A DNA stretch of 64,000 bases from a virus (Duplodnaviria; Caudoviricetes), in IMG/VR virus record IMGVR_UViG_3300021958_000045, positions 1 to 64,000 of that record; one strand, given 5' to 3'. Positions 10,238 through 23,000 of the stretch are shown in pieces. How positions within the stretch are numbered: the stretch's first letter is position 1; each line of letters opens with the position of its first letter. The translations under genes and the position numbers were made by a program. Below the pieces are notes generated by a model. That model worked only from the letters and a program-made list of their open reading frames with translations. It made no database searches and was not told where the DNA came from.

Positions 10238-12129
10238 TATTTTAGTTTCTTTTTATTTTCAGCGTGGCTCTCCTTGGTAATTTTAGTACTACCAACTTCT
10301 TCATTTCTAGAAATCGCAAATACACTTCCCTTTCTTATATTAATGTCAGACGCGCCGCTTTGACAAGCATCTACATGCTCAAACACAAAAGATTGCGAAA
10401 ACCTACTAGGATGCTCTTTTCCTTTTTGATATATTGTATCGGTATTACAATGGTCATCAGCTTCTCTCAAATCTATTCCAGGCAAAACATTTTGAGCTAA
10501 AGTTTTTGCTACTGCATCCTTATCCCAAACTGGATCATCTGGACAATCCTGCCTTCTTTGTCCATTAATAGTTACCCTACCTTCGCTAAATTCTGTAGTT
10601 TTAATCACGCAAAATCTGTATTGATTTGTAGCGTCTAAATTAAGTAAGGGGCTTATATTAACTTTTTCAATTGGATCGGTAATATCAATTGTATAATCCC
10701 ACTCTCTATCCATTTCTTTTTTATCTGTAAATAAAAAACTATAAGTTTTTGAACAATCATCTTTTCCCTCTTTTTCATTTTCATTTTCTGGGTTAGGGTT
10801 TAATTTTGCATAAAGGTGACAAGGGCCCATTAATCTTTTTAAAACCTTTTCTCCAAGTTGAGCCTTAAACCTTTCGTAAAAATCTTCAGCCAAAGGAAAA
10901 TACTTACTTGGATTCCAAGCTTCTTCAACAGCTTCACATTTACAGTTTCTAGAAACTGTTGCAAAAGGGTAATTTTCATTTGCTCGCAAAACTCCGTTAA
11001 CATTAATTGAAACCACCCCGTCTCCACTAATTGAAGCCGAAAAGCAATAATCATCAATAGTTTTACCCCTTACATCTTCAACAGGATCTGGTAAAAAAGT
11101 AATTGACCATTGAATGGAAGGTGGAGATTCAGATTTAGTAATATTCCTTTCGTCAACCTTGGCTCCGTAAGCATCATATTTTTTGAAAGTCGATTTTAAT
11201 ATTTTTTCTAAAACCTCCATATATTTCGGGTCATGAGGGTTTTCGCAAGAAGGAATTAAATTATAAGTTAAAGTTCCGCTATGATTAATAGTTTGTCTTT
11301 GATTTCTTCCCTCAGATATTGTTTTGCAATATGTGCTAGACACACTTTTATTATCGTCCCAATCATCTTCTGTAACTATATTTTTATATATAACCCAAGT
11401 TTTTGTTATAGAATGAGAACATGATGCAAGATCAACATTCTCTTCAATATTTGGACAATTTAAAGTTTGAGAAAGTGGATTTTTTGGTATACGAATAGTA
11501 GTTGGAACTGGACAAGTATCTGAAATTTCATTTAAAACCCAATTCGTTGCTTCAGTTATATCACAATTACAATCTACACATTCTCCAGATCCAGAAGATT
11601 GAGCGGAGACGACATGGGAAACCGTAACTTTTTCTTCGTCTTCGTCAGCAATTATACTGCTTGTTAAATTTTCAACCTTAAATCCAGTACCATAATCTTT
11701 ATCAACCCAATCTAAAACTATAGAATAAGGAACGTTTCCTAAATAATTAGATGAAGATACGCTGACTTGCTTTACCCTAATATTATCAAATACATTATTA
11801 TCTATTCTAATTGAACCGCAATCACTAGCAAACATTGCCAAAAGTTGATCTCTTGCAGCAATCTTTTCTTCAGCCTCACAACAAGCAAAAATACCATCTA
11901 TCGTAATAGTGCCATATTTTACACCGTCTTTTGCAGAGCAACTTCCTTTTTGAATTGTTTGCTTAAATTGAACCTTTGGAGGTGGCATCCCTTCTCCCAA
12001 GGGCATGTCATTATAAAAAACTAATTTTGCATTAGGTATTAAACTTAAATCAACACAAGGAGGATATTCCAAATTCCTGTCTGCGCCAGGAGATTGGTAA
12101 TTAAATCCAGGATGTGTTTTTTTTGCCAT
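10237..12129 (-). CDS. Putative tail-tip protein (630 aa, Cys-rich)
   Basis: Position downstream of the TMP; about 20 Cys; VSINVNGVL strand similar to VSISLNGSI in the 12414..14087 protein. Confidence 0.45.
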   Translation of the reverse strand: MAKKTHPGFNYQSPGADRNLEYPPCVDLSLIPNAKLVFYNDMPLGEGMPPPKVQFKQTIQKGSCSAKDGVKYGTITIDGIFACCEAEEKIAARDQLLAMFASDCGSIRIDNNVFDNIRVKQVSVSSSNYLGNVPYSIVLDWVDKDYGTGFKVENLTSSIIADEDEEKVTVSHVVSAQSSGSGECVDCNCDITEATNWVLNEISDTCPVPTTIRIPKNPLSQTLNCPNIEENVDLASCSHSITKTWVIYKNIVTEDDWDDNKSVSSTYCKTISEGRNQRQTINHSGTLTYNLIPSCENPHDPKYMEVLEKILKSTFKKYDAYGAKVDERNITKSESPPSIQWSITFLPDPVEDVRGKTIDDYCFSASISGDGVVSINVNGVLRANENYPFATVSRNCKCEAVEEAWNPSKYFPLAEDFYERFKAQLGEKVLKRLMGPCHLYAKLNPNPENENEKEGKDDCSKTYSFLFTDKKEMDREWDYTIDITDPIEKVNISPLLNLDATNQYRFCVIKTTEFSEGRVTINGQRRQDCPDDPVWDKDAVAKTLAQNVLPGIDLREADDHCNTDTIYQKGKEHPSRFSQSFVFEHVDACQSGASDINIRKGSVFAISRNEEVGSTKITKESHAENKKKLK

Positions 12130-12130
12130 A

Positions 12131-12409
12131 TTAAGGTCTGCTACCAGGCAACCCCTTACATCTGTATTGCCAGTTTATATTATAATTTAAATCATGTTTT
12201 AAAAATTCAATTTGGCCAGGATGGCCGAGCAGACTCGGAAAAAAATAACCCACTTGAGGATTATAATTTATCTGCCCGCCCATTTGTTTGGTAAAGTTAA
12301 CAGAATTATCTAAAGACCCATCAGGATGATTATCAAACGCAGGCATTTCATCTTCTAGATATTTTCTTTCGTGATTTTTTCCGAATTTTTTATTGTTTTT
12401 AGGTGTCAT
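12131..12409 (-). CDS. Hypothetical protein (92 aa)
   Basis: Fills the gap exactly between two co-directional genes. Confidence 0.55.
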   Translation of the reverse strand: MTPKNNKKFGKNHERKYLEDEMPAFDNHPDGSLDNSVNFTKQMGGQINYNPQVGYFFPSLLGHPGQIEFLKHDLNYNINWQYRCKGLPGSRP

Positions 12410-12413
12410 TATA

Positions 12414-14087
12414 TTATATACATTGGTTTAAATCGTCTTGAGTGTGATATACTACTCTTGTTTTTGCAGAAAGAGATCCTTCTGAAACAGTAAAAGAAGT
12501 AGTAGATTGAGTTAACACATAATCAGGTTCTAAAGGAATTTGAATTTCTTTTTTTAGGTCTGCAAGCGTGGCACAAGGAAACGCTTCAACTTCAAGAGAA
12601 TGATCGCTATATCCAGGCTTAACAACTTGCTTCTGAATTATTGGGCAAGCGCAAGGCGAATGAAATCTATTATCGGTTACTTCAGTTATGCATACGGTAT
12701 TCTCTTGAACTTTTTTCTTTACTAAAGAATCATCTATTTCAATATCATATTTTAAATCATTTGAAAAAGTCAATGAGCCTACTATAGTACCCTTTGAAGG
12801 ACATTCATTCATACTAAAGTTTAAAGGTCCAAAAAAACCTTCTGGGGGTTCAAGCTTTCCCTCCTCCACTGTTCTTTCAAAAGCTTCTCTAGCTAAAGCA
12901 ATCGCCTCCTCAGCAGTATTAGTAACTTCTGTGCGAGAACAATCTCCAATTAAATAGTCTGGATTTTTTTCTACAAAAGAATAATTAATCGGAGCAGAAA
13001 TTTCAAAATTTCTAGTAACATCAATAATACACCCGTCTTTCCTTTGATCATCGTTTATATAAACTTCGGCGCTATTATCCTTATCGAGAACTTCTTCTTC
13101 TTGAGCATTGAAAGAATAATTAATTGTTCCTGCTTGATGACAGTGAGTGATGCTTTTAGAATTAACCCTTAATGCAAGACAAACATCTGTTTCGCATGTT
13201 TCCATTTGATGTTTTTCATAATTATCAATAATTTTTTGCCTAATCGCGTCTTCATCAAAGCATTCTAAAGCAAAATCATATTTTGTTTTAGTGATAGTTC
13301 TATCTTCCCCACAACCACTAAACTTTTGACAATTTCCTTTAATCGATCCATTTAAACTTATTGAAACCAATCCGCTTTCATCCCATCTTAATCCTACTGT
13401 ATCGGAGGTTATACAACAATCGTCTTTACTAATTCTTTTAGTGGTTGTTTCTGATATTTGAACTGAACATTTTACAATATCAATCTGTTCGCTCCTGTTT
13501 TTCGTATACCTTCCTTCTTCATCTATACCACAAGGCATAGAAGAATTTTCGATTACATCATTAATATCATCATCTATAGATGTAAAACCACTAGGAGCTT
13601 CAAGCAATGCTTCATTAATTGCACTAACAGCTTTATCAATTAACCCTGACCCCGAGGGAGAATCTGGCCTTGATATATAATTTGATAAATCAACAAGCTG
13701 TACGGCATAAGTTCTGGTATAAGATACATTTTCATTATTTCTGCTTGTAGATACATTATGACTAAAAGATTCAATTTCTCCTATATTTAAATCTCCAACT
13801 ACTTTACATTCAATATCATCAATTCTTTGCTGAAGCTCATAAACATAAAAAAGTTGATTATCTTCAATAACTGATTCTCTACTTATTATTTTAGTATCTG
13901 CATAAGTTTTACCCAATATAGTAAAGCTAGTATACTCTTCTGTTACATCTGGCAAATATACAACATTAGTCTCGTCTGCAGGGCCAATCCAAGCCTTTAC
14001 ATTCATTGTTTTATAGCTTTTAACCAATTTTCCACCAGAGTGCTGGTGACTAATTGAGAAGCCCATTTCTGTAATATTTTCTATCAT
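12414..14087 (-). CDS. Putative distal-tail protein (557 aa, Cys-rich)
   Basis: First gene after the TMP, overlapping its stop. This is the usual Dit position; family not confirmed. Confidence 0.45.
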   Translation of the reverse strand: MIENITEMGFSISHQHSGGKLVKSYKTMNVKAWIGPADETNVVYLPDVTEEYTSFTILGKTYADTKIISRESVIEDNQLFYVYELQQRIDDIECKVVGDLNIGEIESFSHNVSTSRNNENVSYTRTYAVQLVDLSNYISRPDSPSGSGLIDKAVSAINEALLEAPSGFTSIDDDINDVIENSSMPCGIDEEGRYTKNRSEQIDIVKCSVQISETTTKRISKDDCCITSDTVGLRWDESGLVSISLNGSIKGNCQKFSGCGEDRTITKTKYDFALECFDEDAIRQKIIDNYEKHQMETCETDVCLALRVNSKSITHCHQAGTINYSFNAQEEEVLDKDNSAEVYINDDQRKDGCIIDVTRNFEISAPINYSFVEKNPDYLIGDCSRTEVTNTAEEAIALAREAFERTVEEGKLEPPEGFFGPLNFSMNECPSKGTIVGSLTFSNDLKYDIEIDDSLVKKKVQENTVCITEVTDNRFHSPCACPIIQKQVVKPGYSDHSLEVEAFPCATLADLKKEIQIPLEPDYVLTQSTTSFTVSEGSLSAKTRVVYHTQDDLNQCI

Positions 14088-17000
14088 TATGAAGAAGTTG
14101 GTAGCATTTTTAGAATCTCATTCATTGCCTGAGCTATCTTTGAAGAAATAAAGGTTTGAGTGCTTTGCATAATTTGTTGCTGCATCTGATTTAAGGCAGG
14201 TTCTACAGCATTTCTTAACCCTGCAGTATCTGCATTTATATTTAATGTTCCTGAAGTATCAATTTTAGTTTCAATTGTTTGTGTTAGACCACTAGCGCTT
14301 GCAATGGCTTCTTGTAGACTTGCAACAGCTTCATTTAATGCAGAAGCGTCGACAGATACGGTTGTTTCAGTAGCATCTGGCATACTTAATGTTAAAGATT
14401 CTTGTAGACCTTCTGGAACCATTAATGTTAAAGATTCTTGCTCTGGTGGCAGAAGTTGCATTGAAGAAGCATTAGATATAACTTCTTGTAATTTATCTAC
14501 TGCATTAATAAGAGGGCTATAGTCCATTGTTAAGTTTGGCATTTCATCGGGCATTTTAATTTTTAAAGCCTCTTCAATACCTTCAGGTAATTGCATGTTT
14601 AAGCCAGCGCTTTGAGAATCGACCTCTGGAGTAGGAGGATTAAAAACTTCATTAATTAAACCAGGGTTTTCAATTGGCGGAGCTTCAGGAGTAACGGTGT
14701 TGAGTTCAGCAGTTTCTACATTTGATTGAACATCAAATGGGTTTGTGCTCTGTGAATATAAATCGCTAATTTCATGCCCTTTAGCTTTTGCATTTTCTTC
14801 AAACATTTGCTTGTCAGCATTTAAGTCTGGCTTAACGTCTATTTGGTCTGGAACTTCTGTTTCTTTTATTATTGGTTCTGCTGGAGTATCAAATTTAACA
14901 TCTGCAAGTTGAGTAATAAACGCGTCAAAAGCTGTTACTAAATTATTCAACAAGCTTTCCATTTCTGGATTATCTGTTTCGGCTTGAGCTAGAGGATTAG
15001 CTCTTGTAGACTCACCTGCATCTGCACTTATAACGGCCTGAGGAGAACCCTGATTAAAGAAATTCTCTAAATCTAATTCTGCACCTCTTGTTTGTTTTTG
15101 TTGGTCTAATTGTGCTTTTTGCTGTGCAGCGATAACATCATGTTCAGATTTATTTAAAGGCGCTGGTTTTGCAAGTTTTTCGGTTAATTCTTTATTCTCT
15201 AGGGACTGAACAGGCTTTTGGTTACTTTCATACCTCTCTGAATACATTTTCTTTTCATTGTCACCAAGTTCAGACCAATTCCTACCATCTTGTTGACCTG
15301 TAAAGCTCTTTTTCCAAGCTTCAGACATTTTATTTTCTTTATAGTTTTCGCTATACATATCTCTTTCGCCTTGCTTAAGATCATTCCATTCTCTGCCATC
15401 TTGTTTGCCCGTATTGCTTTCAGCCCAAGCCTTAGCGAGAACATCATTGCTTGCCAATTGTTTGCGTTCGTCTCCCCTCTGAACAGATTCTTTTTCTTTT
15501 TCAAGTGTGGCTTGCTTATCTTTGTCAATCATTTGTTGCTTGATAGATTCTTTAATTTTTTCTATTGCAGATATAACTGGCTCGATAGAATCATTAAGCA
15601 CTTCTCCAGTAGACTTATCATTTTCTCCAGTTTCAAATCTTTGTCCTTGTTGATTTAAAAAGTGGCTAGTAACTTTTTCCATTAATGTTGAAACATCTGA
15701 AGAGGTAATTGTATCTTGAATCATTTTTGGTTGCCCAACTTCATCAATCTCAGAAGCCTTAACCTCAACTTCTGAAGCTTTAGATAGTCCCACTTTTACA
15801 TCTGCAACTCCTTTAGTTAAACCTTGTACTGCTCCAGTTAGTGCTATATTTGATTTTGAATCAGAGCTTTGGTCGGGCATGTAGGATGCTTGAGAAATCT
15901 GCGACTGTCTTGAAGATTCTGAACTGGATAATTTTTTTGTTTGAAAATCATCAAACTTTTGTTTATACATTTGTTTTTCTTCGTCACCCAAGCTCATCCA
16001 GTCTCTTCCGTCTTTTTTTCCAGTACTGCTTTGAGACCAAGCTTTAGACATTTTATTATCTTCATAATTTTTGGTATACATAGATCGTAGAGATTGACTC
16101 AACTCTTCCCATTGTCTACCGTCTTGTTTGCCTGTATCGCTTTTTGTCCAAGCTTCTGCAAGGTCTACGTCAGGACTATCAAATTTTGTTTTACTTAAAG
16201 TTTTACTTAGACTATCAATATTTACGTTTAATTTATTTATTCCAGGTATTGGATTCTTTTCTGCTCTAGAAGACTGACCTCTATTTGGAACAAATCCTTG
16301 TGCAGCGTTTTGAATTTTTTTGTCATATGGATCTATACCAAATTCATCTTGAACATCTTCTGCATATTTTCTAGATACTGAAGAATTTTTTGGAGGAGCT
16401 ACAAAATCAACCCCTCCATGGCTAAATATTTTTTCTTGAGCATTTACAATTCTTTTTTCGTATCTTCCTGTTCCTGTTCTCAAATTAGCTATACCCACTT
16501 GATCGGCGGTAACAGGTTTTTTGTAGCTCGCTAAAACTGATTGTTTCACCTCTGAATATGCTTGATGCAAATTAGCTTTTCCTGGAGAAGAAGCCGCTGT
16601 TCTTGAGCTTGCAAAAGGTTTGGATTTTTTAGGCTGAAACCCTAAAGCAGAATTATTAACCTTTGCTTTGCTAGCTTTTGCTTGATTTTGTTTTGCAAAA
16701 TCTTCAAGCATTTTCTTTCTAGATAATTCTTCTGGACTCAATCTTCCATCTTTATTTAAGTCATAAGCTTCATCATATGAAATTTTACTTTTTTGTTCTC
16801 TCACTTTATCAGCCTGTTTTTGCATGGTTCTAATATCTTGAGATGCATTAGCTGCGGCCTGCTGAACAAGATCCAAATCAAAAGTTTCTTCTAAACCTTC
16901 CAGTTTATTTGTTTTTGCGATCACGTCAAACGGACCTGTACCCTCAAGGCGAGACATAGTTTTCCTAGATTCTTCTTGAATTATTGGAACTCCATTGCTA

Positions 17001-20000
17001 TCGGTTCTAACTAATTTATCTGCAACATCTATATTTAATCTTAAAGCAGCTTTTTTCTCTTCATCACTTAATTCAGAAATGACTGGTCTGCGAATAATGT
17101 TTTCAGATATAGATGCCATTTCTGGATTAGCTCTAAAACCTCTAGGATTAACAGAGTCAAAAAGAATATTGTGTTTTGCTTCTGGATGATTGCTAATTAT
17201 TTTTTTGAAATTGTTAAAATGAGCAATTCTTTTTCTTGCCAAAGATTCTAACTTTCTCTTTCGATCTTTTTCAGTTCTAATATATGAACCATTTATTTTT
17301 GTTGCGCCTTGACCTTGAATATCTAAATCTTCAAGCTTTTTAATATTGCCGTCGGTTTCGTTCATGAATCTGTATTGCAATACTGCACTAGATCCTGCAG
17401 AAGATATAAATCTTGCTAATGGTTCGCTAGTACCAAGTCTATCCATCATTTGACCTGCAGCTCTAGAAATTCCAGAACTTCTTCTTTTTTCGCCTACGAT
17501 TCTCCGAGCGACCATTTCTCTTTTTTTGTATTCTCTTAGTTCATCTCTTTCTCCTCGTGTAAGCGGAGTTCTGCTATCTATTTTTCTCTTAAGATAGTCA
17601 GGTACTCCTTCACCTTTTGCTGTTGCATATAAATCATTTTTATCTACGTTAGATATATAATTATTTAATTGGCTAACTATACTTGGTGGAACCTTTTGCT
17701 CAATCGCTTCTTTATATTTTCTTTTAAAACTTTCTCTACCACTTAAACTCATTCCTTGGTATATTGAGGTAAAGTCTTCTGGCCCTCCGCCTTTAAAACC
17801 ATTTTGAGCGCTCTTTGATATAGCCATCATTAATTTCTCATTAGGATCTAATATATTAAATCTGCCAACGACTTCTGGCTGTAAAGCTTGTTGAGCTTTC
17901 AACCCTGCATCTCTTCTTTCTCTAGAAACTACGAAGCCACCACCTTGCTCTGAGGCAGATGAAGTATCTGTTAAATCTCCAGGAGCGCCCGTAGCATTTA
18001 AGACAAACTTTGCAGATTCATTACCAAATAATGATAAAGCTCCTTTAGTGAACTTTCCTCCAAATTTTTCAGACCAAATATTTTGTAATCTATCAATTTT
18101 TTCTCCCGCTTTATAAACATACTTATTCCCAGGGTGAGTATCTACAAGTAGTTCGTTAATTTTTTCTGGCGTAATTGCGTTATCGCCTATTCGTTTTGCA
18201 TATTCTCCATCTTCAGTCATCCACCCTCTTTGCATCATAACTGCTCGCATTTCATCTCCCCTAGCTTGCAATAGTTTTTTAGCTGCATCCTGTTTATCGC
18301 TAACAGGAATGTCAACACCTTCTCCAGTTTTTAACATAATTTTTTCTCCTGCATAGCTATCATACCAATCTTGATAAGCTGGACCCAATTTCCAATCAGT
18401 ATTTTGAATATCTAAATAATTTTTTCTATTAAGAACATCGTTCATAGTTGAATCAGGATAAGCCATTTGCCTATGAAACAATTCTTCTTGAATAGCTTCT
18501 TTATAGCGTTGCAAAGCTAGAGCTTTTGTTTCTGCATCTGCACCAGTGGCAACCTTTTGGTCGTACGCTCCTTTGGCATTATCTACTTTATTCCAGAGAA
18601 AACCTTTTCTTTCGTTGTAGTCTTTACTGTATTGCTGTATAAATTTCAACGGGTCTCTTACATCAGTAAAGCTTTCTCTGCTAATTTTCCTTTCTTTTGC
18701 ATTAGATACCATTTTTTCGAGACCCTCTTTATGCTTTTCTTGTATGCTAGTTTCTCTTTCTCTCCATGACGCAGCAATTTCTTTTGATTTTCCAAAAGGA
18801 TTTGTTAAATTTGTATTATCATCTCCTCCTCGACCAGTGATTCCAGCAACTTTCGCAGAGGCATTGCTTGATAAATTGCCCATTTCATTTGCCATTACAG
18901 ACATGGCATTTTGATTTGAGTATTTGTTGATAAATTCTTTTTCCTCTGAGAGTCTTCTCGCAGTATCAACCTCTTTAAATTGAGCTCCAAATTGCCTATC
19001 AAGAGCTGCCTCATCATAACCTGTTATTTGATTGGTTATATCTTGAGGATCTTTTTCGGTTTCAAAAATTGTATCTGGTTCTCCTGCCCATCCTCCTTGC
19101 CCCCCTGTTTTAATATTTATACCTAAATCTTTTGCCACTTTTTCAGCGGTAGAAGAATCCATTGCTTGTGCAACACTAGATATTCCTCTAAAATAACGAT
19201 CACTATAATTCTGCCAATCATCCCCAATAGCAGCTGGAGCCCAAGGCTCACCAGCTTTTGAGTCCCCTTCGTTTATTAAACCTTGGTTAATTAAAAAATT
19301 TGGCAAACTAAAAGCTCGGCCAGCAAGCATACCTTCTTTTGTGGACCCTTGATTAAATTCGTTATTTATAAAACTAACTTTATCTCTTCTTTCTCTATAA
19401 GCATTCATGGTTTCTTGCATTTCTCTGTAAGCTGGAAGATGCTCTTTTCCTTTCCATTTATCGGAACCCAATTCAGTTTCTAAATGTCTGTAATTTTTAA
19501 TATCTTCTGGACTTAATTGTAAATCCATTTTTTGTTTAAACAAATCTCCATATCTATCCTGAGATCTTTGATCAAGTTTTTGTCCCTTGCTTATAATAGA
19601 CCTATGTAAACCTACATTCTGTATTAATTTCATTGCTTCTGACTGAGCTTTTGAAAAGTCTTCTCTGGAAGCTTCTGGAATACTGTTTTTATCGAGCATT
19701 GCAAGCTCTTTCCATATTTCTACAGCCCTAACTCCGCCTTCTGTGCCTCCATAGAAATAAGAATTTAAACCTTCTTTCAAGGATTCTCCGTATGGAGACA
19801 CTTGCTTGACATATTTATTTTTTAGAAAATCTCTTACCCTGTCTTGAACTATAGATTTATTTTTATCATTTCCACTGCCATCATTTTGGAATATTTCTGC
19901 TCGAGATAAACCGCCATCAGGCCCATCTCCTAATCCTGAACCATCAAACTTAGTAGTTAAAGCTCTAAATATTTCAGGAGTTAAAGTGCCTCTTCTTGTG

Positions 20001-23000
20001 CCAGCTATTTTTCTGGCCGATTCATTATAGCCAATACCTTCTTCTGGGTTAAATTTTGCAGGATCAAATCTATCGTCCAGTAAATTAATTTCGTCAGGAG
20101 TAATAATTCCATCTTGATTTACATCAAATAACTTAAAGTCTTTTTTAATATTTTGTACAAGCGCATCTGCAGCTCTTTCGTCTGCACTTTGGATTATGTT
20201 TCCATCTTCGTCCAAAACATTTGCAAAATCTTTTTGAGCTCGTACAGTTCCATCTGCTTCATCTATAATTCCTCCTGCAAGCCTTGCTCCGCCAGATTTT
20301 AACAGATCTTCTTTAACAGGCTTTCTAAAGTTTTCAATTAATAATTTATTCCAATCTTCTGTTCTTGTTGAAACGTCTTTATCTCTCCACCAGTTCATAG
20401 AATAACCAGCGGTCATTAATTGGTTATTTAACTTTTGCTTTGACTTTTGAATCTCTTCGTAAGGTATTGCCCCTAATAAATCATCATTTTTTGTATCTAA
20501 GCCCATACCTTTTCTGTAGGCACTTTCCATTGTGGCGGTATATGGCAACATTTCAGGCAATCCTTTAACAAGCTCCCAGTCTTGCATGGCTTGTTTTTTC
20601 TGGTCAAGCAAACCATTAAAACTTTCTCCCTGATTAGAACCTCTAGTCATTACAGAATCAAAAAGATCTCTAAAATAAGTTCCTCTATAGCTCTGATTAC
20701 CTATTTTGCCCTCAAGAATAGCTTGTCCAGCAATAGAATCTTCCTCTCCTGTCCTTAAATAAAGCCCTTTTTTCTTAAGTAATTCAGAATATGTTTCTTG
20801 ATCTCTAATAATACTTGCATAACTAGACTTGGTGTCCCTAGAGCTATGCCATTCGTCAAGATCTTTTTGAAATTGTTTTGACGTTGATTTTTTTGTAGCA
20901 GATGATCGTCCGTCAGCGAATATGTTCATTGTCCTTCTCAGCTCAAATTCATCATCATCATTAAAAGTTTTTTGTTGAATAATCTGAGAGCCAGGACTAG
21001 CTTTTTCAAGTTTTTTCTTTTCCAATCTTAATCTTCTGTTTCTCGCGACCATCATCTGTATAGCTTCTTCTCTAAGCATCCATCTATCTTTTTGCTCTAA
21101 TACGTTTTTACTAACGTCACCAGGTGCAGATTTTTTTGAGTCTTCGATATTACTTTTACCAGTATAAAGAGGATTCTTGCTAAAATGATTGTATAAACTT
21201 CCAACCTTTCGATCTAAAGAAATTTCTTCATCTATACCTAATTGCTTACTTAATCTATTAATAGTTGATTCAAATTGAGTTTGAGAATTTTTTCTCAATT
21301 GCATACCTTGTGCAACTTTATCTGGAGCAGTTAAAAATGGTTTTAAATTTGCTCTTTTTAGTTTTGTTTCGCTTAAAGATTTAACTATTTCTCCTCTTTC
21401 CGCTGTAAGATGATCTCTTTCTTTTTGAGATATATTAGATGTAAGCTTTTTATCAATGACTGACATCTCCGCTTCTCTTTCGCTTACTCTTTTTCTTAAT
21501 TTAATATCTTCTTCTCTCTTAGATTCTAAACCTCCTTGGAACCTAGATACATAACCATTAATATCTTCAGGATTCAAAGAACCAAGTTTAAGAATATTAG
21601 CTGAGCCTACCTCAGCACTTTCGAAGTCTTTATTAATTGCATCTACTTGAGTTCCATATCCCAAACCTTTTTGCATAGAATAACCAGCTTCTGTTATTTG
21701 TGTTTTGGATGCTTGAACCCCCATGTTTCGTTCTATCAAAGCTTTATTAAATTGTGCATGCATAACTTCATCTGCTTGAAGATCAGCAAGAGCTTCATAG
21801 TATTCTACATCTTGCCCTTGCATGTCCTTGCTTTGATACTGCGCCTCTTCTCCTCTTTTTAGCAGGGCAGACATAGCACTTAAATATATTCTCTGTTCTT
21901 TAGGAATTTTTTCATCAAATTCTTCAAAAGTTTTAAATTTGGATTTATTATAATTCTCTTCGCCATATCCAGGTCTTCCATACTCTCTGCTAGGATCTGC
22001 ATCAGATATTCCACGGGTATTCTTTACTCTTTCTGCTTGAGATTGCTCAAACGCCTTTCGAGTTGCTGGAGTCTGCTCGCCTGATGCAAAATTCTTTTGT
22101 GCTTTGTAGTACGATTGCATTGGTTCTTCATATCTACTCTTGGTCAAATCTTGCATATGTTTTTCATACAATCTTTCAAAACTCCTTTCATTATTCACGT
22201 CACCCATTCCAGGAAAAGAAACAAGACCGTGTTTTTCATGCTTCATAATCGTTGATTTGGTTGCTTCGTCATACTGCACGTTCCAGCCATCATCCTGTTT
22301 GCCTAGTATAAAATTATTTATTTTGGTTTCTTTGCTATTATCCCCGCCTTGGCTCGCAATACCCATTCCTTGCAAAATTTTATCAACTGCTTGTGCAGGT
22401 TTTTTCTCAATCCTGCCCGTTGTTCGAAAGTTTTGAAATTGCTCTTTTATTCTTGCTTGAACTTTAAGCATTGGAATTCTACGGTTGGTATCTCTATGAT
22501 CAACAGTATCAATACCTAAGACTTGAGCCATTTCATATGGATAAGTTAATTTACCATAATCTAAAGAGCCTCTGTCCATTTCTTTCATCCATTCGTCGTA
22601 GTCAGTTATCTTTTTCCCGTCTTTATAAAAAATTTGTGCCCGTCGATCTTTAATTTTTCCTAGGTTTGAATCAGGATCCCAACTGATTTTTTCTTTTAAA
22701 AATTCCTTTTCAGGCATTTTTCCAATTTCCATAGTTTCCTCTAAAGAACTTGCTCCCGCATAATCTGTACTGGAACGAAGCAAACCTTGTCTTGCATTAA
22801 AATCATGCACTCTTTCTAAGCCTTTTAAATAAGTTCTAGATTTTTGCTGTCTTAAATTAACAAGTTCTTCGGTATTGGGCTGGTAAACATATTCCTCACC
22901 TTTCTCGTTAATTTTTGTTGACGTAAAATCTTTGGAATTTAATTTTTCTAAAATTTGTTTTTGAGTAAAACCTTCTTTCTCCATTTTAGTTTGCTCTTTT

